A DNA stretch of 64,000 nt from Fibrobacteria bacterium (lineage in GTDB: Bacteria; Fibrobacterota; Fibrobacteria; UBA11236), in the NCBI GenBank assembly GCA_041746255.1, contig JBGTHM010000102.1:1-64000 (forward strand), in the 5' to 3' direction. Shown here one piece after another: positions 39,764 through 49,484 of this stretch. The notes under the pieces were generated by a model, which saw nothing but the letters and a program-made list of their open reading frames with translations, ran no database searches and was not told where the DNA came from. The position numbers and the translations under genes were made by a program. Numbering within the stretch: the stretch's first letter is position 1; each line of letters begins with the position of its first letter.

Positions 39764-42156
39764 AAACCCCTCTCGCTCTCATACTGACGGCATCGCTCTG
39801 CCTGGCCCAAATTACTCATGCCGCGGCATCGGATGGCGCGACGCGCCGATTCGCGCTGGTAATCGGCGCGCACGAAGGCGGTAAGGGGCGCGACCGGCTC
39901 CTGTACTCCGGTTCGGATGCACGAGCCTTCCAGAATACGCTGCAGGAACTGGGCGGCCTGAGCTCGGTTGACGCGAATCTTTTGATTGATCCGGATAGCG
40001 CAGGCCTGCAGCGAGCCTTCGAAAAACTCGCGGCCCGGGTTCAGGTTGCGAGACGGGACGGCGCGCGCACCGAGGCGGTCGTATACTACTCCGGCCATGC
40101 CGACGAGAACGGTTTGCAACTTGGCAAGGAGCGGTTCGACTATCGAGCCTTCCGGGAGCGGATGAACGCCCTCGGTGCGGATGTGCGCATCGCGGTAGTC
40201 GACGCCTGCGCGTCCGGAGCTCTCACCCGTATGAAGGGTGGCACGCCTGTGCAAGCTTTCATGGTGGACCGATCCGCGCGTGCCGAAGGTTACGCTTTCC
40301 TTACTTCCAGTTCCGAGAGCGAGGTGGCGCAGGAGAGCGATCGGCTGCGGGGATCCTTCTTCACTCATGCGCTCACCACGGGCCTTCGCGGCGCGGCCGA
40401 CGCGACGCGGGACGGGCGCGTGACTTTGCACGAGGCCTATCAGTTCGCCTACCACGAAACCCTTGCCCGAACGGTGTCAACCCGAGGAGGGCCTCAGCAT
40501 GCCGCCTACGACATCCAACTTAGTGGTAGCGGTGACGTGGTGCTTACCGATCTGCGTCAGGCCACGGCTTCACTGGTGCTGGCAGAAGCTTTGCACGGTC
40601 GGCTATTCATCCGGGACAGTCTCGATCATCTTACCGCCGAGTTGAATAAGCCCGCGGGACGCGAAATGAACTTTGGCCTACCGCCGGGAACCTACGGACT
40701 GCGCCTACAGCAGGGCACGAGTTGGAGCGGAGCCACGGTAACGTTGCTCGAAGGTAAATCGGCCGTACTTGATCCGTCCTCCTTTCGCCCGGTCGAGAGC
40801 GAGCCCACGGCATTTCGCGGGGGGGAAGGCGATAGTGGTCGTGCGTTCCGGCATTTACAGGGAACAGGAAATCCCGGATTTTCCGCCTCGTTCCTGTACG
40901 ACGCGAAGAAAGAGGATTGGTACGGCACTCAGATCGCCCTGCTGGCCACCGATGGGCGCAAGAATCGCCGCGGCGGGCAGGTCGCGGTCGGGTTCAATTT
41001 TACGCGCGGGGATCTTGAGGGTTACCAGGGAGCAGCGGGCTTGAACGTGGTCGGGGGGGCGCTGCAGGGATTCCAGTTCGCGCAAATCGGAAACTTCACG
41101 GCTGAAGACGCACATGGCACGCAGTTCTCCGGGATCTTCGGAGCGACCGGCGGTGGTCTTAATGGTGTTCAGGTGGCCGGTATCCTTAACCTCGCCGGCG
41201 GCGGTGTCGAGGGCTTGCAAGGAGCCGGAATCTTCAACATCTCGGGCGATTCCGTAAGAGGCTTGCAAATAGGCGGTATCTTCAACATCGCTGCAGAAAG
41301 CGTACGCGGTGGACAAGGCGCCGGTATCTTCAATATCGCGGGCGGAAAGATAAAAGGCGGCCAAGGTGCCGGAATCTTCAACATCACCGCACGCGATATT
41401 ATCGGAGGTCAGGGCGCCGGAATCTTCAACGTGGCCGGAGGCGACATCACAGGAGGTCAGGGCGCTGCCATTTTCAATGCGACTGCGGGATCTCTTAGAG
41501 GCATTCAAGGCTCGGCCATCTTGAATTTCGCCGGCCGGGTCGAGGGGCTTGCTTCGGACAGGGGATCGATGCCGGGTTTCCAAATCACTTCCATTCTAAA
41601 CGTCGCGGGGAAGGTCAATGGGCACCAAATCGGTTTGGTGAATCTATCGGATGACTATCAATCGGGGTTTCCCCTGGGTCTCGTGAATATCAGCCGAAAA
41701 GGCGCGTTTCACGGCATAACGTGGGTGGACGAAACCGGCATGGCCTACGCGGGGCTGCGCACTGGGGTACGATCCGTATATTCCATCCTGGCGGTCGGAA
41801 CGAATGCATTCGATGACCAGTCCCTGTTCGCTCCTACCTTCGGCATGGGCGCGCGTTTCTCCTTGGGCAAGTCCTGGTTCCTGGAACCCGACCTGATGTA
41901 CAGCACGCTTTTCGAGTCGAAGAACTATTCATTCGATGACGCGGAAGTAAACACGGAGTGGTCGCGCCTAAGATTTGCCGCAGGGTGGGAATTTCTCCCC
42001 TACGCTTCCGTATTCTGGGGGGTGGCATACAATGTAGCAGTACACACCCAAACGGATGCCCCGGTGACGGGAAGCAATTTTCCTTTTTTCACCTCGGTTT
42101 CCCATCACGTCAGCATGTGGCCCGGGGCATTCCTGGGAATTCGTGTCGGAAAGTGA
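39760..42156 (+). CDS. Exported caspase-family (peptidase C14) protein with 16-aa Gly-rich repeats and a putative C-terminal beta-barrel
   Basis: Signal peptide; RRFALVIG, YYSGH, DAC (His/Cys dyad), SFFTHAL..GLRG.AD; repeat array; amphipathic strands ending WPGAFLGIRV. Confidence 0.85.
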   Translation: MKTPLALILTASLCLAQITHAAASDGATRRFALVIGAHEGGKGRDRLLYSGSDARAFQNTLQELGGLSSVDANLLIDPDSAGLQRAFEKLAARVQVARRDGARTEAVVYYSGHADENGLQLGKERFDYRAFRERMNALGADVRIAVVDACASGALTRMKGGTPVQAFMVDRSARAEGYAFLTSSSESEVAQESDRLRGSFFTHALTTGLRGAADATRDGRVTLHEAYQFAYHETLARTVSTRGGPQHAAYDIQLSGSGDVVLTDLRQATASLVLAEALHGRLFIRDSLDHLTAELNKPAGREMNFGLPPGTYGLRLQQGTSWSGATVTLLEGKSAVLDPSSFRPVESEPTAFRGGEGDSGRAFRHLQGTGNPGFSASFLYDAKKEDWYGTQIALLATDGRKNRRGGQVAVGFNFTRGDLEGYQGAAGLNVVGGALQGFQFAQIGNFTAEDAHGTQFSGIFGATGGGLNGVQVAGILNLAGGGVEGLQGAGIFNISGDSVRGLQIGGIFNIAAESVRGGQGAGIFNIAGGKIKGGQGAGIFNITARDIIGGQGAGIFNVAGGDITGGQGAAIFNATAGSLRGIQGSAILNFAGRVEGLASDRGSMPGFQITSILNVAGKVNGHQIGLVNLSDDYQSGFPLGLVNISRKGAFHGITWVDETGMAYAGLRTGVRSVYSILAVGTNAFDDQSLFAPTFGMGARFSLGKSWFLEPDLMYSTLFESKNYSFDDAEVNTEWSRLRFAAGWEFLPYASVFWGVAYNVAVHTQTDAPVTGSNFPFFTSVSHHVSMWPGAFLGIRVGK
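40918..41650 (+). repeat. In-frame 48-bp (16-aa) tandem repeats, about 13-15 copies
   Basis: Unit G-x-Q-x-A-G-I-F-N-x-x-G; TTCAAC/TTCAAT recurs with a 48-bp period (41233, 41281...). Confidence 0.85.
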
Positions 42157-42307
42157 TTTTGAGATTGGCCGGAACATCGCGTAAGGGCTACGTCGGGCGA
42201 GAACCCATACCGGTACGCACCGCACGGTGTGATTGAGACCACAATTCAAGCAAGCGATAATTATTCATTTTTCCTCCGACCGCCTCCAGGCGGGTGGAGG
42301 AATAAAA

Positions 42308-43876
42308 ATGATCAGACCCTTGCTTTTTTCCGGCGTAGGGTTACTCCTGTACGGATCGGTTCATGCTGAACTGCTGCTTTCCGAGGTTATGGCCGATCCG
42401 GCAGCGGTACCCGACGCCTCGGGAGAGTATCTCGAGCTGGGAAACTCCGGTGATAAGGAATTGTTCCTCCGGAAATTGTCTATTGCGGTGGACGGCGATA
42501 CCCTGGTTTTCCCCGATGTGAAATTGTCGGCCGGAGGGGTGGCATTGCTATGCCGCGATTCCCTTCCCGAACGGAACGGAGGCATGGCCTGCGACAGGAA
42601 GGCCGAGCGGCTTAGGCTCGCTAACGGTAGGCCAATCGCCATTGTACTTCGCCATGACGAGGGCGACGTAACCTATGAGATTCCCGCTGCAAGATCCGGT
42701 CAAAGCTGGGAGAATACCTGGGACGAAAAATCCGGATATTCCCGATTCGCCCTTGCAAACGGAATCCATGCCGGTGGCGACAAGGGGTCTCCTGGCCATT
42801 CCAACAGCGTGAGTGTCGTACCTCCGCTTTTTGATTTGGCGCTGACGGAAATCACTTTCCGGAAAGAAACGCGCGAGGCGCGACTACGCATCGAGAATCG
42901 GGGGCGCCTGCTTCCGGATTCCGCATCCGTCTCCCTGATTTCCAACCGAATTTTGAACGGCATTCCCCATGCCGTCCTTAAAACCCGGTCGTTGGACATC
43001 TCTTCCTGCCGACAGGAATGCACGGTTCCATTCCTTTTCGAATCGGGAGGGCCTCCCGTGGTTAACTTCGCCTTATCGGGGGATTCCAACCCTCTGAACG
43101 ATACCCTCCTCTTTGTCCTTCCCGAATATCGGCGGGGAGGATTGCTCCGGCTCACGGAGGTTTGCGCCGCACCCACCGACGGAGCTCCCGAGTGGGTGGA
43201 GATACGCAATGGGTCTTCCTATGCGATTGCCATAGGCGACCTGCGCTTACAAGACCGGTTGGTTTTGGGCGAAGGGCGCGCGGCGACGCTCAAGCCGGGG
43301 GAATACCTGGTCCTGACGGAAGACGAAAAAGCCTTTCGGGAAATCCACGGCGGTTTGAAATTGCGCCTTGTGCAACCACCCTCGTGGAGAGTACTGCGAA
43401 ATACGGGGGATACGGTTCGCCTGGCTCTCCCCTCGGGAACATTACTGGATAGCGTGGCCTACCGGGGGTTTCGTCCATCCGACAATACGGGATGCCTGGA
43501 AAGGATGGGTGAGGACCTTGCGCCAGTGCTCGGTGAATCGCATGTGCTGGGATCGACTCCCGGTTTCGAGAAAACCCGGGATAAGCCCACTGGATGGAAA
43601 ATTTCACCGAGAATTTTACGAACGGACGAGGGCGGTCGCATTGATATTCAGGTGACCGCTTCGCCGCAAAAAGCATATCGCCTGGAGATTTTCGATTTGT
43701 CGGGGTATTCCGTGCGCGCCTTTTGCTCACCTTGCACGGGTAGCCGTTCCTTTTCCTGGAAGGGGGAAGATGAACGGGGAAAATCGCTTCCCGTAGGCCC
43801 CTACATAGTCCTGTTCCATCCGCAGGGGGACAACCCCCATAAAAAATCCCTGGTCATTTCGAGAAAGTTACGATGA
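42308..43876 (+). CDS. Secreted lamin-tail-domain protein with FlgD-Ig/T9SS-like C-terminus
   Basis: Signal peptide; two LTDs (LSEVMADP..GEYLELGN; LTEVCAAP..EWVEIRN), each ending SPG/TPG; C-terminal IFDLSG...WKGED..G..LPVGPY. Confidence 0.78.
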   Translation: MIRPLLFSGVGLLLYGSVHAELLLSEVMADPAAVPDASGEYLELGNSGDKELFLRKLSIAVDGDTLVFPDVKLSAGGVALLCRDSLPERNGGMACDRKAERLRLANGRPIAIVLRHDEGDVTYEIPAARSGQSWENTWDEKSGYSRFALANGIHAGGDKGSPGHSNSVSVVPPLFDLALTEITFRKETREARLRIENRGRLLPDSASVSLISNRILNGIPHAVLKTRSLDISSCRQECTVPFLFESGGPPVVNFALSGDSNPLNDTLLFVLPEYRRGGLLRLTEVCAAPTDGAPEWVEIRNGSSYAIAIGDLRLQDRLVLGEGRAATLKPGEYLVLTEDEKAFREIHGGLKLRLVQPPSWRVLRNTGDTVRLALPSGTLLDSVAYRGFRPSDNTGCLERMGEDLAPVLGESHVLGSTPGFEKTRDKPTGWKISPRILRTDEGGRIDIQVTASPQKAYRLEIFDLSGYSVRAFCSPCTGSRSFSWKGEDERGKSLPVGPYIVLFHPQGDNPHKKSLVISRKLR

Positions 43877-44754
43877 TGATTTGGCGTCTTGTCTGGGTTT
43901 GTATGGGAATGCTCCTTCCCGCGTCCGGTTTTTTCCGGGACGATTTGCAGGGAGGGATTTACGGCTCCTCCCTCGGTGCCGGTGGCGGGACGGCCTGGGA
44001 ACGCATGGCGCATGGGCAGAATCCGGCGGCATCCAAGGAGAGAGGATACGGAGCCTACCTTGGCTACCATTCGCCCTTTGGTATGGATGGACTTAATGTG
44101 GTGGAAGCCGGACTCCATATCGATGGGCGGCGTTGGGGGACGGCATTGGGGTTTCTCCAAACCGAGGTCGAGGAATTCTATCGCGAACAAAGCCTGGAAG
44201 TCCAATTCTCATGGACCCTCGGGACGCTTTCCTTAGGCGGCATGGGTGTGCTTCGCCGTGTTCACCTTCCCGAACCGGAAAGCGAGCTAATCGGTGGAGA
44301 GGCATGGGGATTATTATGGCGCCCTTTTCCCAAGTTGGTTCTGGGTGGTTTTTGCCGTAATTTCGCCTCACGAAATATCTGGACGCGTGAACTCAATCCG
44401 ATTGTACAGGTCGGATTTCGGGTTCAAGATGAGCAGGATGGTTCGCATCCTGGTGGCAGGGCGATTCGCCCTGCGCTGGCTTTCGACTTGCGCCGGGTCC
44501 GAAATTCATATTGGCGTGCGCTAATCGCACACAGTTTGTGCATTGGTCCCGACTTAGTGCTGACGGCCGGTTTGGCCAACCGGCCTTTTCAATTTTCGGT
44601 AGGCGCGGCCATAAGTTGGTCCGGCGCCACGATTTACTATGCGATGCGCACGCATACGGCCTTGGGCCGGACGAATTACCCCGGTCTGGCTTTTGTTCGT
44701 TCGTTGGAAGAAGGTGGAATTTCCGGAGCGGCCGGAGAAAGGCACGCACCTTGA
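43873..44754 (+). CDS. Putative outer-membrane beta-barrel (PorV/PorP-like)
   Basis: Signal peptide; SLGAGG...QNPAA N-terminal motif; alternating strands; ATGA-coupled to the LTD gene. Confidence 0.5.
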   Translation: MMIWRLVWVCMGMLLPASGFFRDDLQGGIYGSSLGAGGGTAWERMAHGQNPAASKERGYGAYLGYHSPFGMDGLNVVEAGLHIDGRRWGTALGFLQTEVEEFYREQSLEVQFSWTLGTLSLGGMGVLRRVHLPEPESELIGGEAWGLLWRPFPKLVLGGFCRNFASRNIWTRELNPIVQVGFRVQDEQDGSHPGGRAIRPALAFDLRRVRNSYWRALIAHSLCIGPDLVLTAGLANRPFQFSVGAAISWSGATIYYAMRTHTALGRTNYPGLAFVRSLEEGGISGAAGERHAP

Positions 44755-44876
44755 CTTTACCCGCTTTTTTCCCGACAATTACTGCAATCTTAACCTAAAG
44801 AGCAAATTCCGTAATTCGGTTCCTTAACGCCGCCTTCCGCTCCATGCGGGTCCGGTTACAAGGGTGTAAGGTTGTC

Positions 44877-46070
44877 ATGATTCGCATGCACATGGATGAG
44901 GTTAAGGCGGGTATGGTCCTGGCCCGCTCCCTGGTGAAGGAAAACGGAGATTTGTTGCTGGCCTCGGGCTTCGTCATAACCGAGCGCGTTTTGGCCAAGC
45001 TTCGTGAAATCGGCCTTTCGGGGTGCTATGTCTACGAAGAAGGCACGGAATTCGTCATTCCCGAAGAAATGATTTCGGAGCAGCTCGCCAATCAAACCCA
45101 GGGAATCTTGAAGGATAATGCCGAGGCGCTCAAGACCGCTCTCAAAACCCAGGAAATCACCCAGGATAACCTGAAATCCGCGCTCAAGGACAAGTCCCGC
45201 TTTAAAAATATCATCGCGGTGGACCGCATGAAGAACGCCGCTCAGGATATTATCAATAGCTTGATGGGGAGCGAGCCCGTAATCGTGAATATCAGTTCCA
45301 TCCGCACCAAAAGCGGCTATGTCTTCCAACATGCGTTAGACGTCGCTGTTACCGCCATCATGGTGGGAGTGCGTATCGGTTATTCGGAAAAGGAATTGGA
45401 GGAGTTGGCGATGGGTTGTCTGCTCATGGATTTGGGCATGGTCATGATATCGGATAGCATCGTTTACAAGACCTCGCCCTTGAACGATGCGGAGAAAAAC
45501 CTGCTGCGCGAGCACACCACTCTAGGATACGCGATTTTGCGGGAGAATCAAAAAATCGCCTTGACCACGGCGCATGTCGCTTATCAACACCATGAGAGGC
45601 AGGACGGAACAGGTTTCCCCCGGGAATTGATCGGGGACAATACCCTTCCCATCAAGCGAATTTCGGGTGAGAGAAATCGAATGCACCGATATGCGGAAAT
45701 AGCCGCCGTGGCAGACACTTATGTGAGCCTCCTCTCCCCGCGCCCGGGAACAGGCGTATTGCGCACACCGGATGAAGTGATGAAACTTCTCATCCTAGGA
45801 TCCGGAACCCATCTCAACAAGTCAATCGTGGACGGGTTAATCACCATGATCCCGATTTTTCCCGTGGGATCGCGCATTGCCGTGGTGGAGGATCGTAAGT
45901 TCGGAAAGTTGTTGGGTTGCACCGGAATCGTCACAAAAACCCGCATGGATGCGCCGGAACAGCCAGAAATCGTCGTTCTTTACGATAAGGAGAAGAATAA
46001 AATGACTCCGGTGATAATCGACTTACTCGAAGAGCCGGGAGTAAAAATCCAATTCGCGAAATTGCGATGA
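44877..46070 (+). CDS. HD-GYP domain protein (HD motif degenerate)
   Basis: GMVLARS N-terminus; HALDVA, LLMDLG, EHTTLGY, HHERQDGTGFP, VADTY. Confidence 0.85.
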   Translation: MIRMHMDEVKAGMVLARSLVKENGDLLLASGFVITERVLAKLREIGLSGCYVYEEGTEFVIPEEMISEQLANQTQGILKDNAEALKTALKTQEITQDNLKSALKDKSRFKNIIAVDRMKNAAQDIINSLMGSEPVIVNISSIRTKSGYVFQHALDVAVTAIMVGVRIGYSEKELEELAMGCLLMDLGMVMISDSIVYKTSPLNDAEKNLLREHTTLGYAILRENQKIALTTAHVAYQHHERQDGTGFPRELIGDNTLPIKRISGERNRMHRYAEIAAVADTYVSLLSPRPGTGVLRTPDEVMKLLILGSGTHLNKSIVDGLITMIPIFPVGSRIAVVEDRKFGKLLGCTGIVTKTRMDAPEQPEIVVLYDKEKNKMTPVIIDLLEEPGVKIQFAKLR

Positions 46071-46106
46071 AGAGGCAAATGCGTCTAATTGCTATTTTCC
46101 AGGAAC

Positions 46107-47030
46107 ATGACGGATAATCCCATATCGGCGGACGCGGAGGTGGCTTCGGCGGTAGAGGCTTATTTGGCTTTTATCAAAAATGAAAGAGGTTACTCCCGGC
46201 ATACCCAGTCCGCTTACGCAGGCGACTTAGCCAAGCTAACCGCCTGGTTGGAACAAACTTCCGTTCCTGGAGGCGCTCACGCCGCCCTGGAGATACTGGA
46301 CAAGAAATTATTGCAAAGATTCCTGTTGGCTCAGCGCGGCGGCTTTTCCGCGGCTACCCAGGAAAGGCTTGTGGCCTGCCTGAAAGGCTTCGGTAAATTT
46401 CTGGCATTGCGGTATTCGATGGATAAGAATCCGGCACAGGGCCTGGTTTTCCCACGTAAGGAAAAAAAATTGGCATCGGTCGCGGGCGAGGGATTTTTGA
46501 AGGAGTTGTTGGAGGTGGAAGTCGACGGGTTTACCGCCTTGCGAACCCGGCTGTGTCTGGAGATGTTTTATGGCTCCGGCTTGCGCCTTAGCGAGTTGGT
46601 GAATTTGAAGTGGAACCATATTTCCCGTGATGCCCGCATGGCCCGGGTATTGGGCAAAGGCAACAAAATGCGCACCGTACCCCTTACCCAATCCGCGCAG
46701 GAGGCGCTTGGCGCCTACCGGGCCGAATGCTCCCGACGGGCCTATCCCCGGGATGGAGCCCTGCTGCTTACGCAAACCGGCAAGCCGCTGGGCGGACGAA
46801 GCGTACAAAAGAATATCACGGATCTGCTGCGCACGATGGGCAGACAGGGCAAATCTTCTCCGCATATTCTCCGCCACTCCTTCGCGACCCACCTTTTGGA
46901 TCATGGCGCGGATCTCATGGCGGTGAAGGAGATGCTCGGACATTCCTCCCTCTCGACCACGCAAAAGTATACGCATGTGTCGGTCGCCAAATTGAAGGAG
47001 ACCTATGGACGCGCGCATCCCAGGGCCTGA
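46107..47030 (+). CDS. xerC: Tyrosine recombinase XerC
   Basis: ERGYSRHT..AY..D, GLRLSEL, GKGNKMR, PHILRHSFATHLL, LGHSSLSTTQKYTH. Confidence 0.88.
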   Translation: MTDNPISADAEVASAVEAYLAFIKNERGYSRHTQSAYAGDLAKLTAWLEQTSVPGGAHAALEILDKKLLQRFLLAQRGGFSAATQERLVACLKGFGKFLALRYSMDKNPAQGLVFPRKEKKLASVAGEGFLKELLEVEVDGFTALRTRLCLEMFYGSGLRLSELVNLKWNHISRDARMARVLGKGNKMRTVPLTQSAQEALGAYRAECSRRAYPRDGALLLTQTGKPLGGRSVQKNITDLLRTMGRQGKSSPHILRHSFATHLLDHGADLMAVKEMLGHSSLSTTQKYTHVSVAKLKETYGRAHPRA

Positions 47031-47087
47031 TTCGCCTTCAGGCGAGTAGACCCACATGACTCGCAGCATGGAAAGGCTGACTTAACT

Positions 47088-49364
47088 ATGACTGACTCAC
47101 CGAATTCCGAATATGCCGTACGCACCCTCATGGAAAGGGTGGCTGTGCTGGAAGCCCGATGCGCGGAGCGTGAGGAGACCCTGAAGAGTCTGGGCAGTTT
47201 GACCGAAGGACGGGAATTGGAACTCAACCGTCTTAAGCTTCTATTCGACAATATTCCCGACGCCATCCACTTCAAAGACAAGGAAGGCCGTTACACCTGG
47301 GTAAACAAGGCCAAGGCGGATTCCATGGGGCTTAAAGACAGATCCGAGGCGATAGGCAAGACCATGTTCGAAACGTATTCGGCGCAATTCTCCTGGGAGG
47401 TTCTGGCGGAAGAGCAGAAACTGATGACGACTCAGGTTCCCATCATCGATAAAATCGAAAGGATAACCCGGAAAGATGGTGAGGTACGGTGGCATCAGGT
47501 GACCAAAATCGCCCTGCTCGACTCGGAGGGTCAGGTAGTGGGAACCGCTGGAGTCATGCGGAATATCACCGAACGCAAGCAGATGGAGGACGAACTGTTC
47601 AAAGCAAGTATGCTATTGAATACTTTCCTCGATCAGGTTCCAGATGCGGTGTATTTCAAAGATGTGGAATGCCGTTTCATTCGAGTCAGCCGCAGTATCC
47701 ACCTTGAGGGAATGAAAAACAAAGAGGAGGCCATAGGTAAGACCGATTTCGACTATTTCACGGAGGAGCATGCGCGCCAGGCTTATATAGACGAGCAGGA
47801 AATTATCCGAACCGGCGTTCCCATAATCGATAAAATTGAAAAGGAGACCTACCGCAATAAGGAAGAGACCTGGGTTTCCACCACCAAGGTCCCCTACTAC
47901 GATGCGGAAGGAAAGGTGGCCGGCATCATAGGCATATCCCGCGATGTTACCGAGCGATTCCGGGCGCAGGAAGCCATACGGATGGCCAAGGAAGAATTGG
48001 AAATCCGGGTGCAGGAGCGCACGGCTGCGTTGGTGCAGGAAATTCGTGAGCATCTCAAAATGCAGAAGGCGCTCAGGGACAGCGAAGGAATGTTGCAGGA
48101 CTCGAACGTTCGGCTGGAAACGCGCCTGTCGCAATTGAAATATTTGAACGCGACGGCGCATCAGCTTTCGCAATTCACCAGCAGGAAGGACTTGCTGCCC
48201 GCCATTCTCAGATCTTTTACTCAATGTTATCCGGGTCTCGAAATGGTCCTATGCGAAGGCTCTAACGGAGAGTTGCGCTGCACGGCGGCGACTCCGGGTC
48301 TGGATAATCCAGTCGCCAGGGCCGCCTGCGAAAAGGCTCTCTCCGCAGGATACGATTCCCTGGACGCCAGGCTCGTAGTCGACCGAAGGCTGGACCCGAC
48401 GTTGGCCGGCCTGAATATCAAGGGTTTTGAGCATTTGACCGTGCATTTGGCGCTCCCGTTGGTCATGAAGAACAGGCGGATTGCCGTGGCGCAAATATTA
48501 GCCGCCAAAGAATTCGCGGAATGGTTTCCCCTGGAGCAGGAAATGATCGATACGCTGGCCGCGCAATCCGCTATCAGTCTGGACAACGCCAACAATTTCG
48601 AAGAATTGGAGAAGCGGGCCCGGGTGCAATCCGAACTCGACGTGGCCCAGCGCATCCAACGGCGCTTCACTCCGCAAGACCGGGTATCCATTCCCCGCCT
48701 CCAGGTTAAAGGTGTGTACCACCCTGCTTATGAAGTCGGCGGGGACTACCTGGATTATTTCGAAACCAAATCCGGAAGTTGGGTGATTGTAATCGCAGAC
48801 GTAAGCGGAAAAGGAATACCCGCGGCGTTGGTGATGACGATGTTGCGAAGTACCTTCCGGGCCGAGGCACGCTACGAGACTTCGGCCAAAAAACTGCTTT
48901 GCGCCGTGAACGACATGATGAGCCAGGATTTGGACGAAAAATCCTTCGTGACGGCCCTGTGCCTTATCGTCGACAAGGATGGACGTTCCATGACATACGC
49001 CCGCGTCGGCCACCCGCCTTTGGTGATTCGGCGTAAGAGCGTGGAGTCGCCGGAAACCATCACTCCCAAGGGAATCGGACTGGGAATGGTGGATGCCGAA
49101 ACGTTCACGCGTACCATTGAGGAAGTGCATATCGATTTGACCGAAGGCGACCGCTTTCTCATCTTCACCGACGGTCTCACGGAAGCGCGCGATTCAAACA
49201 AGGAGTCCTACGGAATGGAACGGGTTATGGGCCAATTATCGGGAGGAGAGCGCCTGGGTCCCGAAAAGGCCCTGAATAGACTTCTCAAAGACGTTGAGGC
49301 CTTTATCGGCAATGAACCTTATCATGATGATTTGACCATTTTGGCGATGGAAGTCATCGGATAG
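47088..49364 (+). CDS. PAS-PAS-GAF-SpoIIE (PP2C) serine phosphatase
   Basis: Two PAS/PAC domains (FKD..GR, NITERK, DVTER); GAF; GGDY, ADVSGKG, TDG, DDLT. Confidence 0.9.
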   Translation: MTDSPNSEYAVRTLMERVAVLEARCAEREETLKSLGSLTEGRELELNRLKLLFDNIPDAIHFKDKEGRYTWVNKAKADSMGLKDRSEAIGKTMFETYSAQFSWEVLAEEQKLMTTQVPIIDKIERITRKDGEVRWHQVTKIALLDSEGQVVGTAGVMRNITERKQMEDELFKASMLLNTFLDQVPDAVYFKDVECRFIRVSRSIHLEGMKNKEEAIGKTDFDYFTEEHARQAYIDEQEIIRTGVPIIDKIEKETYRNKEETWVSTTKVPYYDAEGKVAGIIGISRDVTERFRAQEAIRMAKEELEIRVQERTAALVQEIREHLKMQKALRDSEGMLQDSNVRLETRLSQLKYLNATAHQLSQFTSRKDLLPAILRSFTQCYPGLEMVLCEGSNGELRCTAATPGLDNPVARAACEKALSAGYDSLDARLVVDRRLDPTLAGLNIKGFEHLTVHLALPLVMKNRRIAVAQILAAKEFAEWFPLEQEMIDTLAAQSAISLDNANNFEELEKRARVQSELDVAQRIQRRFTPQDRVSIPRLQVKGVYHPAYEVGGDYLDYFETKSGSWVIVIADVSGKGIPAALVMTMLRSTFRAEARYETSAKKLLCAVNDMMSQDLDEKSFVTALCLIVDKDGRSMTYARVGHPPLVIRRKSVESPETITPKGIGLGMVDAETFTRTIEEVHIDLTEGDRFLIFTDGLTEARDSNKESYGMERVMGQLSGGERLGPEKALNRLLKDVEAFIGNEPYHDDLTILAMEVIG

Positions 49365-49484
49365 GTTTTTTTCAGCCGTTACTTGGGTGTACCCATAATA
49401 CCTCAATAACGGTGTTTTTTCCCTGAAACGGTTTATCCCCCATTAATTAGGCGAAAAATAGAGTAACGCGCTATACTCAATAGC

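Noticed and set aside
40918..41650. 48-bp periodic repeats as a CRISPR array
   Set aside because: In-frame coding repeats with synonymous variation; no unique spacers or cas genes.
46107..47030. Tyrosine recombinase as a prophage or island integrase
   Set aside because: Chromosomal XerC-type sequence; no phage genes, tRNA, att or dif-like site seen nearby.
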